DNA from: Podarcis pityusensis
Lineage: Eukaryota
Assembly (NCBI GenBank): GCA_964106645.2
Contig: OZ067047.1
Length of the DNA stretch: 64,000 bases
Direction: 5' to 3' (one strand)
Positions 51,139 to 63,351 of the stretch are shown in pieces. Under the pieces are notes generated by a model. It was not told the DNA's origin. It saw nothing but the letters and a program-made list of their open reading frames with translations, and did not search any database. The number at the start of each line of letters is the position of its first letter. Positions within the stretch are counted from its first letter, which is position 1. Position numbers and translations under genes: made by a program.

Positions 51139-52541
51139 CGGTGCCCTGCTAAGAGGTGGCTTTGAAGGAGGTGTCCCTGATTTGGCTGTTGCTGATGCCG
51201 TACTGCATGTTGTAGTAGTAACACAAGTGACTGGAGTGCCTGCTTGCCCAGGTGTGGCTACTGGAGTCGCAATAGGTAAGCCTGTTGGACCAAGAATCAA
51301 ACTGGCTGGTGGTATACTGGTACTTGCAACAGGTGCCGCAGGTTTTGTGGGCGCAACAGCAGTGGTTGGCAAGCCAGGCATAACTGTAGTCTCCACCACC
51401 AGTGATGTCTCCAGGGATACCGATGGGTGAGCTGCTCCAACACCACCATGCTCACTGAAAAGGGACCGGAGCTTTTCTTCCAAGGTCTTTATGTCATCTA
51501 TGCCGGGTGCTTTGGGTTGACTGTCAACATCCCCTTCCAGGCAGTGAGTATGAGGTTGATTGGCTAATGGAGCTGGTTGAGGCTGACTATGTATTAAAGT
51601 CTGCTGGACTGCAGGGACATTCGTTACTGGTTGTGCCAATGGCAGAATGCCAGGTAATACTGGGGTAGAGACAGCACCTGCTGCTGCACCTAAGCTAGAT
51701 GAGGTAACTGTGGGTGGGATGGGTAGTGGCTGTGAGATAGAGCTAGATATGCTTGATGCTACTGCAGAAGATATAGGTACAGAAACAGGCGCGGGCAGTC
51801 CACTTCCGCTGACTTGTTGTGTTTTTTCCGGTGACTGTTCAGTTTTTGACCTTGGCTGCAGCACACTAACTACCACCATTTCAGCTAGGCTGGGTACAGA
51901 ACCGCTGGTGTTCAACTGAGAAGACTGCGAAACCACGCTCTGTGCCGAAGACACAGGGACCGAAGTTTGAGAAACGGCCAGGGCAGCACTACCAGCACCA
52001 ACCTGTTGAGATGTTGCAGTTGGTGCCACAACTCCCGATATTGTAATGCTAGGCCTTGTCATTCCGGCTTGTGGCAATGTTAAAGAAGCAGGGGTGCTAA
52101 CACTAGGAACAATTTCCCCAACAGCAGAAGCCACCTGGGATGCAGTTGTGGACAAAGAAGAAGGTGCACTGACGCTGGAAGGCACTCCGCTAACTGACTG
52201 TGACTGCAACCCTGGTGGTGGAGAGCTGGAGCCAGGCAATTCTTCACCCGACGGAAGCCCTGCTGTCACTTTTTCTGTTGACTGAGTTGATGGTAAAGAA
52301 ACACCGGTGGTGGAAGGAACTGAGGAAGAAGGAGCGGGCACCGATGTTGGTGGCAGCCCCCCATTCATGCTTGAACTTAGGCATGGAAAAGGTGGCACAG
52401 CCTGGTTAAAAACTGGGGGGGCTGTGCTTGGTCCTTCTGTCGTTTGAGCATGCTTGAGCTCGGAGAAAGCTTGTTGCAGACTGAGTGAAGATGCAGAGTG
52501 AGAGAGATTCATTCCAGGGCCATGAGATGGAGAAGCAGCAA
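51139..52541 (-). CDS. WNK1: WNK1 exon 19 (large Ser/Pro/Thr-rich exon with DDIKTLEEKLRSLFSEH)
   Basis: 1403 nt, phase 1-0, donor CCG|GTAAGG. Confidence 0.96.
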
Positions 52542-53610
52542 CTGCAAGGAAGAGAGGTAAAGTCAGCTTCTCTGCAGAAACTTACTGGGTGGTAGTTAAT
52601 GAAGTTTTACTCGGAGTAGGCCCACTCAATGGGCCTAACTTCGATTTCTGAAAGATATCAAAGGCCATAAGTACTTTCTATAGCAAGAGATTTTTGCACT
52701 GACTGCGTCTTCATTTTCTACCTAAAGGAAACTTGGGGGAAGGAGGAACACTGTGGCACAATTAGTTATTTTTCTGATTCCCCTGCTCCCACAGGTTTCA
52801 GAAATGGTGAACTACCCACAAATTCAAGTCACTGAGGCTTATAAAGTACTGGAAACAAGCATATATATGCAAGATAGCTTATGGATGCAAGAGGCAGCTA
52901 GATACCCATTTATGACTAGGAATCCTAATTTTCTATTTCTAACGGTATAACTTTCACAGTACTGCACACTCAAATAGATGGCAACAGTTTATGCCATGCT
53001 AATAAAGAAAGAAGGTAGGTTTACTTTCATTTTACCTATATATTTTTACCACAAAGATGGGGAAACTGCAGCCCTTCAGGTGCAGCTGATCTACAACTCC
53101 CATCATCCTTGGCTCTGTTAGCTGGGGCTGATGGAAGTTGGTATCTAACAACAGGTGGAAGGCCAATGGTTCCCCATCTTTGATTTACAATATTTACAAG
53201 CACCCTACAATAAAGTCCTCAATGCAGCTCACAATAAACAATAAAACCATTCAAAATTCCAACATAAAAAATACAAGAGTCAGATGAAATAAAAACATAT
53301 TAAAGCTACAGCAAATGAAACCACCTGGATTTTTTGAAAAATGTATTTGCCTGGTGCTGACACCAAAGTGGTCACCAGGTAAGGACATTCTCTCCCCCAT
53401 AGCCACTAGTTGCAGCTCATTTGGCTGGAGAAACTGAGAAGGGCCACTGAAGAAGAACCCAACATGCAGGTAGGCACACATGGAGACAGACATGCCTTTA
53501 GAAACAAATAAGTTCATTATTGATACAAGCCCTGTAAAACTGTTTCCTTGAAATCCACACATTCTGTTAGTGGTAAGAGCAGGCTGTGTTGGGAATGGTG
53601 ATTAACTCAC

Positions 53611-53748
53611 TTATATCAAGCAGCTCACTTTCTGATGGGATAGAAGTGAAAAATCTCTGTTCTCGTAACCTACTTTCGGGTACAGGGCTGACAATAAACC
53701 GTCTTCCAGCAGAATGGACAACCTGCGTCAATGAGTTAGGAGGAACAC
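53611..53748 (-). CDS. WNK1: WNK1 exon 18 (HSAGRRFIVSPVPESRL; RFIV motif)
   Basis: 138 nt, donor GTGAGT. Confidence 0.95.
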
Positions 53749-53909
53749 CTAAAGTAACAGAGAAAAATGTAGGATTACAGTTGTGCAATTTCCTACTGAG
53801 CTATGTACAATCTACCACACGGTACTAAATCATGCCATGACTGTCTTATACTATACCTGGGATACAAACTAGCAATAGAAGATTGTTAAGAGAATTCAAT
53901 AGCCCTTAC

Positions 53910-53967
53910 CTATTCTTTGTGGCATAGAAGACACAGGATCTGGCTGTTTGAAGTCTCCATCCAATTT
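53910..53967 (-). CDS. WNK1: WNK1 exon 17 (KLDGDFKQPDPVSSMPQRI)
   Basis: 58 nt, donor GTAAGG. Confidence 0.92.
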
Positions 53968-54285
53968 CTGCAACAAATGAAATGATTATTTTTCTGCATA
54001 ATCCCAGCATTCGACCACTAAATACACTGATGGCCATGTCTGGGTGAAATGGTAAATTCTGGTTTAGTTCTAGGTAAACCTCCTATGGGGCTTGTGTACT
54101 CCCTTCCACTTACACGGCCAAGGAGGAGTCGTTTCATGGCTTTCATAATTTCTTTATCATTAAGACTTTAGCTCAAGTTGATAGATAGCTTTTGCCAAAA
54201 CTGCTTGTTGGAAGAAAGAGCAGTAGAAAGACGCATAGACCTTGTGGCAGAAGGCATGAGTGCATACAGTAAGACAAACCCTTAC

Positions 54286-54432
54286 CTGGTTATGCATACT
54301 GTCCATGCTCTGGTCACCTTCTGGTTCCCCACTTGCATCCTCACTGAGCATTTCATCTGCCTTTTCTATGATGTCACGCACCTGCTCTACAAATGAATCC
54401 CTCTCCATTGCCAAGATGAATTCATTTTGCAC
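54286..54432 (-). CDS. WNK1: WNK1 exon 16 (VQNEFILAMERDSFVEQV...HNQ)
   Basis: 147 nt, donor CAG|GTAAGG; second half of the CCT-like domain. Confidence 0.94.
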
Positions 54433-55325
54433 CTGCATAAAATTTGGAATTGTGGTAAGTACAGACATGTCACCTTCCACTCATCTGAGCAAGTAACAGC
54501 AGCAGTTCAGGCGGAAGCACCAAAAGGAAAACTATACAGCACTATGGCAGTTACAGATGCTGCCCTTTCTCTCCTATCCTAAAAAGGAAAACTGGCCTTC
54601 CAATCTACAAGTATTAGTTTGAACACTTTTTGTAAATCACTTGGAGGCGTCTCTCTCTCTCTCTTTACAATCAAGCAGTGTATAAATTTTATGAAATAAA
54701 AAAATAAACTGGTGAGATAGCGAACTCAACCATGCCCAGCTTTTGTCACAGAGACACTTGCCACATATGATGCTTTCTGTCTTCTGAAATAGTGACCGCA
54801 TCTCTTGCAGTGATAACAAGAGGGAGGGATGACCAATCTAAACAGAGGATGAGCAGCTATATTCTCAGTAATCATGGAGTTTACTGGGGGCCTTCCATGA
54901 TGTTACTTGGCAGACTAAATACTTTGTATATCATTTCCCAAACACTACAGTAGTTATGGAAACAAATATTAGAGGTATGATTTCCCCCCAAAATAAAAAT
55001 ATGCATTCTGCTTTTGGGCTAGCCAGTTGCTGCTTCTGGATCATGGCCCTTGAGTGCAGAACAGTTAGACAATTGTTTCCTTGAAGAAATGATAGTTCTG
55101 AGAAAGAAGTTGATTCATGTTGATTCAACTGTTTGATTTAAGCAAGTACTGGCCCACACGCAGCAACTTCAGACATTTGTTAACCAGCAAACTGTGGAAA
55201 GACAAATTACAAGAAAACTGTGCTAAAAACAAGCACTTGGAGAAAGCAAATTCAGTAGCAATTAAATATTTGGTACTGAAGCTAATATTTGAACACAGAA
55301 TTAAGCTTCCATCTGAACTGCTTAC

Positions 55326-55442
55326 CATGATAGAGGCTATTTCCTCTGGATTGTCACCATCCAAGTCGAATTTGAAAGTAACCATTTTTCTATTGTGCGT
55401 TTCTAACTGGCATTCCACAACACGGTCTCCTTTATTTGAAAC
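55326..55442 (-). CDS. WNK1: WNK1 exon 15 ([39 protein letters not shown])
   Basis: 117 nt; CCT-like domain. Confidence 0.97.
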
Positions 55443-56679
55443 CTGGAACACACAATTCTGTTATTCAAGATGAGAAGTAAACAGAATGGAAGAGACTGAT
55501 AGCTGTAGATGGGCTGGGAGCAATATAGAGAGGCAGGAAAATACACAGATGAAATTATCAAGAACCACCAGGGGTTTGCCCACAGCCATAAAGGGACTGA
55601 ACAAGGCATTCAGGGACATGGGGGGTTGAATTCAGTCTTCTCCCATAAAAGTGAAATTCCATATATTACAAGGGAACAGAGTTGTCTGGTTCACACATAA
55701 CATGAAGCCATGGTTTATTAAACACAGGCCAGTAGTATACGTACCGCGCATTTAGTGCCAGCAAACCATGATTTGTTACTGACTTGCAAACCTTGGTTTC
55801 TTTTAAATATGGCTTTGTGTTATGTGTGAACTAACCACCTTCCTTGACCATGATTTGTCTGGCCCCTCCACCCCAGAAGCTCGCCAAGCTAGAAAGGTAT
55901 GAGAGCAGCTGGAAGGAGGTGAACTTGGGGGAAATAAGCAATGGTTTGATTGTCTATGTGACAGCTCGTAGTTTGTTAAATGAACCAAGGCTTAGCGCTG
56001 TGTGAATAAGGCCATTCTCTCCCCCCACCCCAACATACATACACAATCTTAAAATATGGTGGAAGCTTGATGGGGACATGGTAGTTACACAACTCAATAT
56101 ATGCCATCTTAAGCAAAACAAGCAAACAAACACAGAAACACACAGTAGTATAACCCAATGTTAGAATTTAGGACAGAAAAAGCAGCACAGGAGAACAATT
56201 TGTCAAGAGGTTAGAACCGTGACTGAATTCAGATATAATGAGAAACCTTGGTTTGTTGTTATGAAGAGAGGCAGAGACAAACCCTTGGCTCATACACTCC
56301 CTCCTCCCCTGCCTCTGCATGCAAAGTGAGATATGAAGCTTTAGATTCTACTCAATAGCAAACCAAAGCTTACCTACAAACCTGGATCAAACTATACTTT
56401 ATAATGTTGGTTTGAGCAAATCATAGTTTGCTGTTAACTAAAAAGCAACATTTCTAATCTCCTCCCCTTGCATGCAGGACAATGGGAGGGGAGAGCACAT
56501 AAGGCCACGATTTTTGCCTACTCTAATAAACAGTTAGTTGAAACTATGATTTAGTGTTATGTCTGAACCACCCTACTATGCACTAAAACAGATGTGTTAA
56601 AACACAGTGGACTGATTCAGATGTAACACTAAACCATAGTTTAGCACGATACAGTGCAGTATCACCAAAAGAAACTCAC

Positions 56680-56842
56680 ATTAAGAATTCTCAGTTTGGG
56701 ACGTGTAGTCTTCTCATGCCGAGAGCGGCTGCGCACTGACTTCCGATAATGCCGTTTCGTAGTCCTCCCTTCATGTCTACCACTAGATGCTGGAACACTT
56801 TCATTGCAGTCACTTAAGCCTGAAGCAACATCTGAATGTGCA
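56680..56842 (-). CDS. WNK1: WNK1 exon 14 (AHSDVASGLSD...RPKLRILN)
   Basis: 163 nt, donor GTGAGT. Confidence 0.96.
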
Positions 56843-56907
56843 CTACAGAAAAACAAGTAGGGAAAAAATCAGCCATTTTTTACCTGTAATTCCCCCCCAC
56901 ACTTCCT

Positions 56908-56960
56908 TTACATTCCTTGATTTGCTGAGAGTATCACTCTCAGCAAATCAAGGAATGTAA
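56908..56960. repeat. Perfect 25-bp inverted repeat with 3-nt spacer
   Basis: TTACATTCCTTGATTTGCTGAGAGT atc ACTCTCAGCAAATCAAGGAATGTAA. Confidence 0.97.
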
Positions 56961-57494
56961 GTAAACTGCTCTTTAGAAAATCCTACCGCTACATGCTGAT
57001 AAAGATGATTAAATCTGCACTAGTGAAATGAGGCTCAAATGTGTTTTTTAATTAGTCATTAAATGCCTCTCTTGTATATTTCATCAGGAGTTTCCAAACT
57101 GTGGCTTGTGGACCACTAGTAGTCTGTGGTCTTCATTCAGGTGATCCACAGCATGTTTGTGGATTTGTGGTTGAACAGGGGAAACAGTACTTTTCATTGC
57201 CTTAAATATTCATAATGTATTGATTATTATTTGTATGTTCATTGCTTCTTTTATTTCTTATAATATATTTCATATTACAGTTTTAATTCCGTAGACTTCA
57301 AATTGTAATACACGCAACCCCCCCTTTACACACATTCAATATGTGTGCAACTGCGCACATGTGCATCGAGCCAAACCCGCAAGGGATGTGTGCAGTAACT
57401 CAGAACATAACCCTGCAAAAATGGACATAACCCTGCAGAAATGAACATAAATGAACAAAAAATGAACATAACCCTGCAAAAATACAGTAACATA

Positions 57495-57739
57495 CAGTGG
57501 ATGCTCGGGTTGCGAACATGATCTGTGCGGGAGGCACATCTGCAACCCACAGCACCGCGTCTGCGCACACACAGGTTGTGATATGGAGCTTTTGTGCATG
57601 TGCAAAGCGCGATTTAGCGCTTCTGCGCATGCACGAGCGCCGAAACCCGGAAGTAACTCGTTTCGGTACTACCGGGTTTTGGCATGTCCGTAACCCAAAA
57701 ATGCACAACCTGAAGCGTCTGTAATGCGAGATATGACTG
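57495..57739. mobile_element. Tc1/mariner (Tigger-like) MITE, apparently nested in an older hAT-like element (~57085-57908)
   Basis: TA|CAGTGG...GACTG|TA; CpG-rich. Outer termini resemble CAG..TTTCCAAACT / AGTTTTGGAATCACT. Confidence 0.7.
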
Positions 57740-58319
57740 TACAATATATAAGAAATACCAGAAGCAATTAAATGCAATTTAAAAAAAAATACAGCATCTA
57801 CCGCAGCACATTACATTTGCTATAACAAGCATAAAAATAATTAAGTAGTTCACCAAGACCCTCACCAATTTTCAAGTGGTCTGTAGGGAGGAAAGTTTTG
57901 GAATCACTATGCTACATGCTTTAAGAAAGAGTCGTCTTTTGAGTCACTCACAGGAAAGATGCAGCCCATTTTTAATAGTGTGCTGCAACGGGTAAGGTAT
58001 AGTTAAGTGAGGACATTATGAGCCTGGTACAACTAGCGTCTGAGCAGCCTTGCTGTAATTCAGAAAAGGAGTAATCAGTGACAATTAGAGATGGGTAACT
58101 TGTGACCCTCCAGAGGTCTCATCAGCCTCAGCCAGCATGGTTGATTGTCAGGGATGATGGAACTGGAGTCAAACAAGTTCCATGCCCCAGCTTAGATGCC
58201 AAGGGCAGATGTTAAGAGTTCACATGCGAAGAGTCCGCCCAAATCAGAAACAGATTAACAGAAGCACCATGTCTGTAATAATAAATATCCAAGTTGAAAT
58301 GCAATAATTTACTATTTAC

Positions 58320-58420
58320 CTATCTATTGAGGAAACCAATGGGGTTGATTGCGAAGGCGGCTGCTGCTGCACTGGTGGTTGAGTCTCTGCAGGTGCTGTT
58401 TGAGTAACTCCAGAAGTACT
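58320..58420 (-). CDS. WNK1: WNK1 exon 13 (STSGVTQTAPAE...SSIDS)
   Basis: 101 nt, phase 0-2. Confidence 0.92.
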
Positions 58421-59081
58421 CTGCAAAAGATAAAGCATTCCTTTCATGCATCTTGTTAAAGAGCTCTTTTTCCAGCCCCATCACAGTCCATCCATCTAGG
58501 TAACTAGAAGCTGAAAAGCACACTCTTCTCTCTAGAATATCTTAAAGCATCTAAACATTTCAAATTTTTAACCCCAAATGAGGTTTTCGTGCAAATTTGA
58601 AACAAGTTGCCTGGTGAAAGTCAACCATTTTATTCACTACATGATGGTGGCACTACAGCTTGCCATGCAACCAGAAATCTTACTAGCAGAATGTGCAACA
58701 GAGAAGCCAATGCAGAGTGCAAAGTCCATTCAAATCTCCCCCAGCTACAGCAAGGCTGCAGGGAACACGTTTGAGGAGAGATTTTTTTCCAGTGACTATT
58801 GAGTATAGCATGTCTTCAATACAACGATTGGCATTACTAGCCAGAAAAGAAGTGCTAGCAAGTGTTTTGCATCTTGGGAGGCCCACTCACTTCCCAACAG
58901 CATAGCCAGGGGCAACAAGGTCTCCACATTGGCATCACATTCTGCTGTAAGAGAAATTCATTTTGACGATTAGCATATGATTTTTCAGCTTGCTACTCCA
59001 AATGGAAGTGAATTCAAAATTCATGCCCTGAAACTCAGTTTTTAGAATGCACACACACAGCAACATGCATAGTCCATTTAC

Positions 59082-59357
59082 CTCTAATGCTGTCTGCTGG
59101 GAGGCTGAAGATGAGACCTGCTGTGCTAAACAGGAAGCAGGCTGTGGCACTTGAACCTGTCCGCCTAGACTGCCCAAAGAAACTAAAACATTCTGCTCCA
59201 CATAAGGCTGTACCATTGCAGCAAGATAGCCTGGCTGAGACAGTACATCTGTGGGTAAGGGAGGGGATAGTACTGCAGAAGGGAGGCAAGCAGAGGCCAC
59301 AGAAGAAGCAATGTTTGAGTCTCCAGTATATTGTGCTGGTAGCCGAGGTGGGAAGCC
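59082..59357 (-). CDS. WNK1: WNK1 alternative exon 12 (GFPPRLPAQYTGDSNI...QQTALE)
   Basis: 276 nt, phase 0-0. Confidence 0.93.
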
Positions 59358-60024
59358 CTGCGATAAATGAGGAAGCCAAGTTATTGTAATTTAGGGTAAT
59401 TCAGGGGAAAACAGTATGAAACAGATAGGAAGGGGGGAAAGCAAGGCAAGCTGAACAGGATTTTTAACTCCCTCCTGCCATGAACTCCTTAGATTTGTTG
59501 CACAACTTCCAGGGTACCTTATTTTAAAAAGGAACAAAGCCTACTGCCTTGGGGTCAATGTTAAATCCCAAGCCATCATGCACTCTGGAACAGCAGTGCA
59601 CCACACAACTAAAGGGACCTTAAAGCAACCTGTGTACTAAAAAGGTCCTCCCCGTCCTGTTAACTATAAATGCTCCATCAAGTTACCAGGTCTGCAAAGA
59701 AGCTGTCAGATGACTGGGCCCCAGTCAAGTCAGAACAACAGGGCTCCATCTCTTCTAATGCCTGCTTGCCAGTCTCTTTCCAGAGACAAAAAGACAGGTT
59801 TCAATTGTTATTTATTTTTGTTGTGCTATCTACTGAAGACGAATTCAACATGTTGGAGCATGGGAAATCTGTTTGCTTGCCATGTGTATATCATGGTGCT
59901 TCCGTATCTTTCACAATTTAAGTCTTGTTAAGCTTTTTATGCTGTGCTCCAGCTGACAGTCAAAACTGCCTGGCCAGCACTCCAGCAAATTATCACTGCA
60001 GCCTGCAATCTCATAGCTTTAATT

Positions 60025-60903
60025 GGAGGATGGATGGCAGCTAATGGATTGAGGTTGAATCCTGACAAGACAGAAGTACTGTTCTTGGGGGACAGGGGGC
60101 GGGCTGGTGTGGAGGACTCCCTGGTCCTGAATGGGGTAACTGTGCCCTTGAAGGACCAGGTGCGCAGCCTGGGAGTCATTTTGGACTCCCAGCTGTCCAA
60201 GGAGGCAAAGGTCAATTCTGTATCCAGGGCAGCTGTCTACCAGCTCCACCTGGTATGCAGGCTAAGACCCTACCTGCCCACAGACTGTCTCGCCAGAGTG
60301 GTGCATGCTCTAGTTATCTCCCGCTTGGACTACTGCAATGCACTCTATGTGGGGCTACCTTTGAAGGTGACCCGGAAACTACAACTAATCCAGAATGCGG
60401 CAGCTAGACTGGTGACTGGGGGCGGCCGCCGAGACCACATAACACCGGTCTTGAAAGACCTACGTTGGCTCCCAGCACGTTTCCAAGCACAATTCAAAGT
60501 GCTGGTGTTGACCTTTAAAGCCCTAAATGGCCTCGGCCCAGTATACCTGAAGGAGTGTCTCCCCCACCAGCGTTCTGCCTGGACACTGAAGTCCATTGCC
60601 GAGGGCCTTCTGGCGGTTCCCTCACTGCAAGAAGCAAAGCTACAGGGAACCAGGCAGAGGGCCTTCTCGGTAGTGGCGCCCGCCCTGTGGAATGCCCTCC
60701 CATCAGATGTCAAAGAGATAAACAACTACCTGGCATTCAGAAGACATCTGAAGGCAGCCATGTTCAGGGAATTTTTTAATATGTGACATTTTAATGTATT
60801 TTTAATCTTTGCTGGAAGCCACCCAGAGTGGCTGGGGAAACCCAGCCAGATGGGCGGGGTACAAATAATAAATTATTATTATTATATTATTATTATTATT
60901 ATT
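60025..60903 (+). mobile_element. L2-clade LINE, 5'-truncated (ORF2 C-terminus, 3'UTR, (ATT)n tail)
   Basis: WMAANGLRLNPDKTEVL, LGVILDSQL, SRLDYCNALY, IQNAAARLV, RAFSVVAPALWNALP; frame uninterrupted to 60786. Confidence 0.9.
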
Positions 60904-61164
60904 AACTGAGGTGAAACACCTGATTTGCTAGATGCCCTCATCACACCCAAGCATAAGGTAGTAGTGGAATGGAGAACCTGTAGCTTCCAAATGTTGCTTG
61001 ACTGCAACTCCCATACCTCATTGACACTGCTGGCTGGGGCTGATGCAGTCCAACAACTTCAGGAGAGCTACAGGCTCCCCACCCTGCACTGGTATTTGAG
61101 TGGGGAAACTGTGGCCCTTCAGTGATCTGACAGTCATTTACATGTCAGTCAACATTACTCTTCC

Positions 61165-61307
61165 AGCTCAGTTGGTTAGAGTGTGGTATTGATAATACCA
61201 AGGTTGCAGGTTCAAGCCCCATATGGGACATCTGCATATTCCTGCATTGCAGGGGGTTGGACTAGATGAGCCTCAGGGTGCCTTCCAATTCTATAATTCT
61301 ACGATTC
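61165..61307 (+). mobile_element. tRNA-derived SINE with CR1-like 3' end
   Basis: A box AGCTCAGTTGG, B box GGTTCAAGCCC, same tail as the 24930 copy. Confidence 0.75.
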
Positions 61308-61510
61308 ATTCCTCAGTAAAAACTACCAATGCAAAAACAAAATACCATTACTAATCAAATTTGGTTTGAAATCAGGACTTTCCCTTGTATATGGAAAAAC
61401 CATTTGGCCTCTCCTTCCAAAGACTGCAAGTAACTTTTCAGGACATCTTAGCGGAGTCTAAAGCACCAGAGGAGCAGAAGAGAGGGACTCTTTCTTGACT
61501 GCCACAATAC

Positions 61511-61984
61511 CTGGTACACAGCATCTGTAGGTGGAAGTGGTACTTCAGCAGTTTGTCCAAGTGTGGCTGGCAATCCCATGGGCTGAACAGATGGCTGTAG
61601 AAGCTGTGGGAGAACCTGGCCGGACAGCTGCGTCACGGGCTGCAGAAGAGTTGGAAGCTGGCTAGGGACAACAGTTGAACCCACAGGAATAGCAGCTGCT
61701 GCAGCAGATGTGGCCAAAGTGAGCAATGGCTGGCTAACACCAGATGCCATGGAGATGGGTAGAGTTGGGAAACCAGGTTGAGCCACTGACACATGAGGTG
61801 TTGCTATGGGCATCTGAGAAACTGAGAACTGTGGATGAAGGGGAGTCTGTAAGGGCGGGCCCATAGGGAGAAAATGAGAGCCAATGGGCATGACAGGGGC
61901 AACTGAAGGCTGAGGAAGGGAAGGCACTGCCATAGGTAACTGTGTTTCACCTTGGATGATCGGCACTGGCTGGGAAACAGGAAG
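61511..61984 (-). CDS. WNK1: WNK1 alternative exon 11 (LPVSQPVPIIQGE...DAVYQ)
   Basis: 474 nt, phase 0-0. Confidence 0.94.
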
Positions 61985-62250
61985 CTGGGGAGGTAAAGAA
62001 AAAGATAGACCTTTAAGGAGAAAGGTTGCAGGAAGCAGGCTTTTAATTGCATTAGTCCAAGAAAAGGGGGGAAATGTTTACACCACACTTAACAGGAGCA
62101 GGGAAGGAATATATTTGACAGAGTGGCTGGGAAGGTTACTTCCAATTAGCAATTTTTGGTGCCCTTTTTTGATGCATATCTTTAACATTTTGGAGAAATT
62201 ATCCTTGTTATCAAAGGAGAATTTCAGGATGGAGAAACAAGGTCAAGACA

Positions 62251-62319
62251 CCCAGCCAGATGGGTGGGGTAATAATAATAATAATAGTAGTAGTAGTAGT
62301 AGTAGTATATTATTATTAT
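62251..62319 (+). mobile_element. Extreme 3' stub of the same L2 family with (AAT)/(AGT) tail
   Basis: CCCAGCCAGATGGGTGGGGTA matches 60841-60861. Confidence 0.7.
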
Positions 62320-62975
62320 AGCATGGCATCAGTTTATATAGAACACACCTCTAATAACCCCTCATATGGGTGTAGGAGCCTGAGGTCAGGGGGGAATAAA
62401 AGCCACTCAGCCAACATATAGAGATACTCTTGTTAGTGCCAAAAAGCAGAGCAAGAAATGCAACAGGAATTTTTTTCAGGAAACCTAAGCAAAATTGCCA
62501 CAAAAATTTAGTATTTTGGGATTCAAAAGTATATACATCTACAGGACCAATCTGGAGTCAGCAAAAAGCCTCTAGGGCAAGGAGTGAAGGAGGGAGATGT
62601 GGAGAAAAAAGGAGACTCATCTTGAAGAGCACTCAGTGTTGGGATACTGAGCCACTGACGCCCTACACTGATTTAAAAAAAACAAAAACTATGCACACAC
62701 ACATGCACTCTCAAACAACACACAGGTTTTTCTAACTTTTTCAAAATCAGGCATTGCATTTTAGACCATGACAAAAGTTGATGGGTCTTCCCATTTAATA
62801 CACGGATTTTCTTTATCCTAATACTTTCATTGTACTCTTCCAGACAACACATTTCCAACTAGATAGATAGATAGATATACACCCTGTTTTGTCACATAAT
62901 TGAAGGGGGCTTAGCTGCTAACAATTCAGGTAGTCCAGACAGAAGCCCTCCAGAAGCTAGCAAGTTGCAGTTTAC

Positions 62976-63119
62976 CTGTGTCCCAGCTGCTACCTGAGGC
63001 ACAGACATTATTTGTGCTTGCTGTGTGACTGGCTGCGATGGAGCAGCTCCACTGGAAACTGAAGGCTGCTGAACTTGGTATTGCCCAGTCTGTTGTGAAG
63101 GGGCTGAAGGCTGGGTGCT
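62976..63119 (-). CDS. WNK1: WNK1 exon 10 (STQPSAPSQQTGQYQ...PQVAAGTQ); upstream exons incl. kinase domain lie beyond the window
   Basis: 144 nt, phase 0-0, donor CAG|GTAAAC. Confidence 0.88.
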
Positions 63120-63351
63120 CTGTCATAGAAGAAAAAACAACAGCAGATTATTTACACTGGACAAAAACACCTTTCATCTGGAAATATTTTGCAGCAGTTG
63201 ATCTTGTTTTGGGTATATCTGAATTCCTGCTGTGTATGTGTGTATTCTAATGATAATATTTTGTTTTAAGATGTTCAACAGTACTGAAGTAGAGTTAGCA
63301 AAAACTTCCTGAGAAACAACTGAAAATAAGCACAGCCTACTTAAAGGTCAA

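Noticed and set aside
57404-57483. CRISPR-like repeat array
   Set aside because: Vertebrate intron; degenerate tandem units without unique spacers or cas genes.
59944-60786. 280-aa ORF as a nested gene
   Set aside because: 5'-truncated L2 ORF2 lacking the RT catalytic core; non-ATG start.
61165-61225. tRNA gene
   Set aside because: tRNA-like SINE head fused to a CR1-type tail; no intact acceptor stem.
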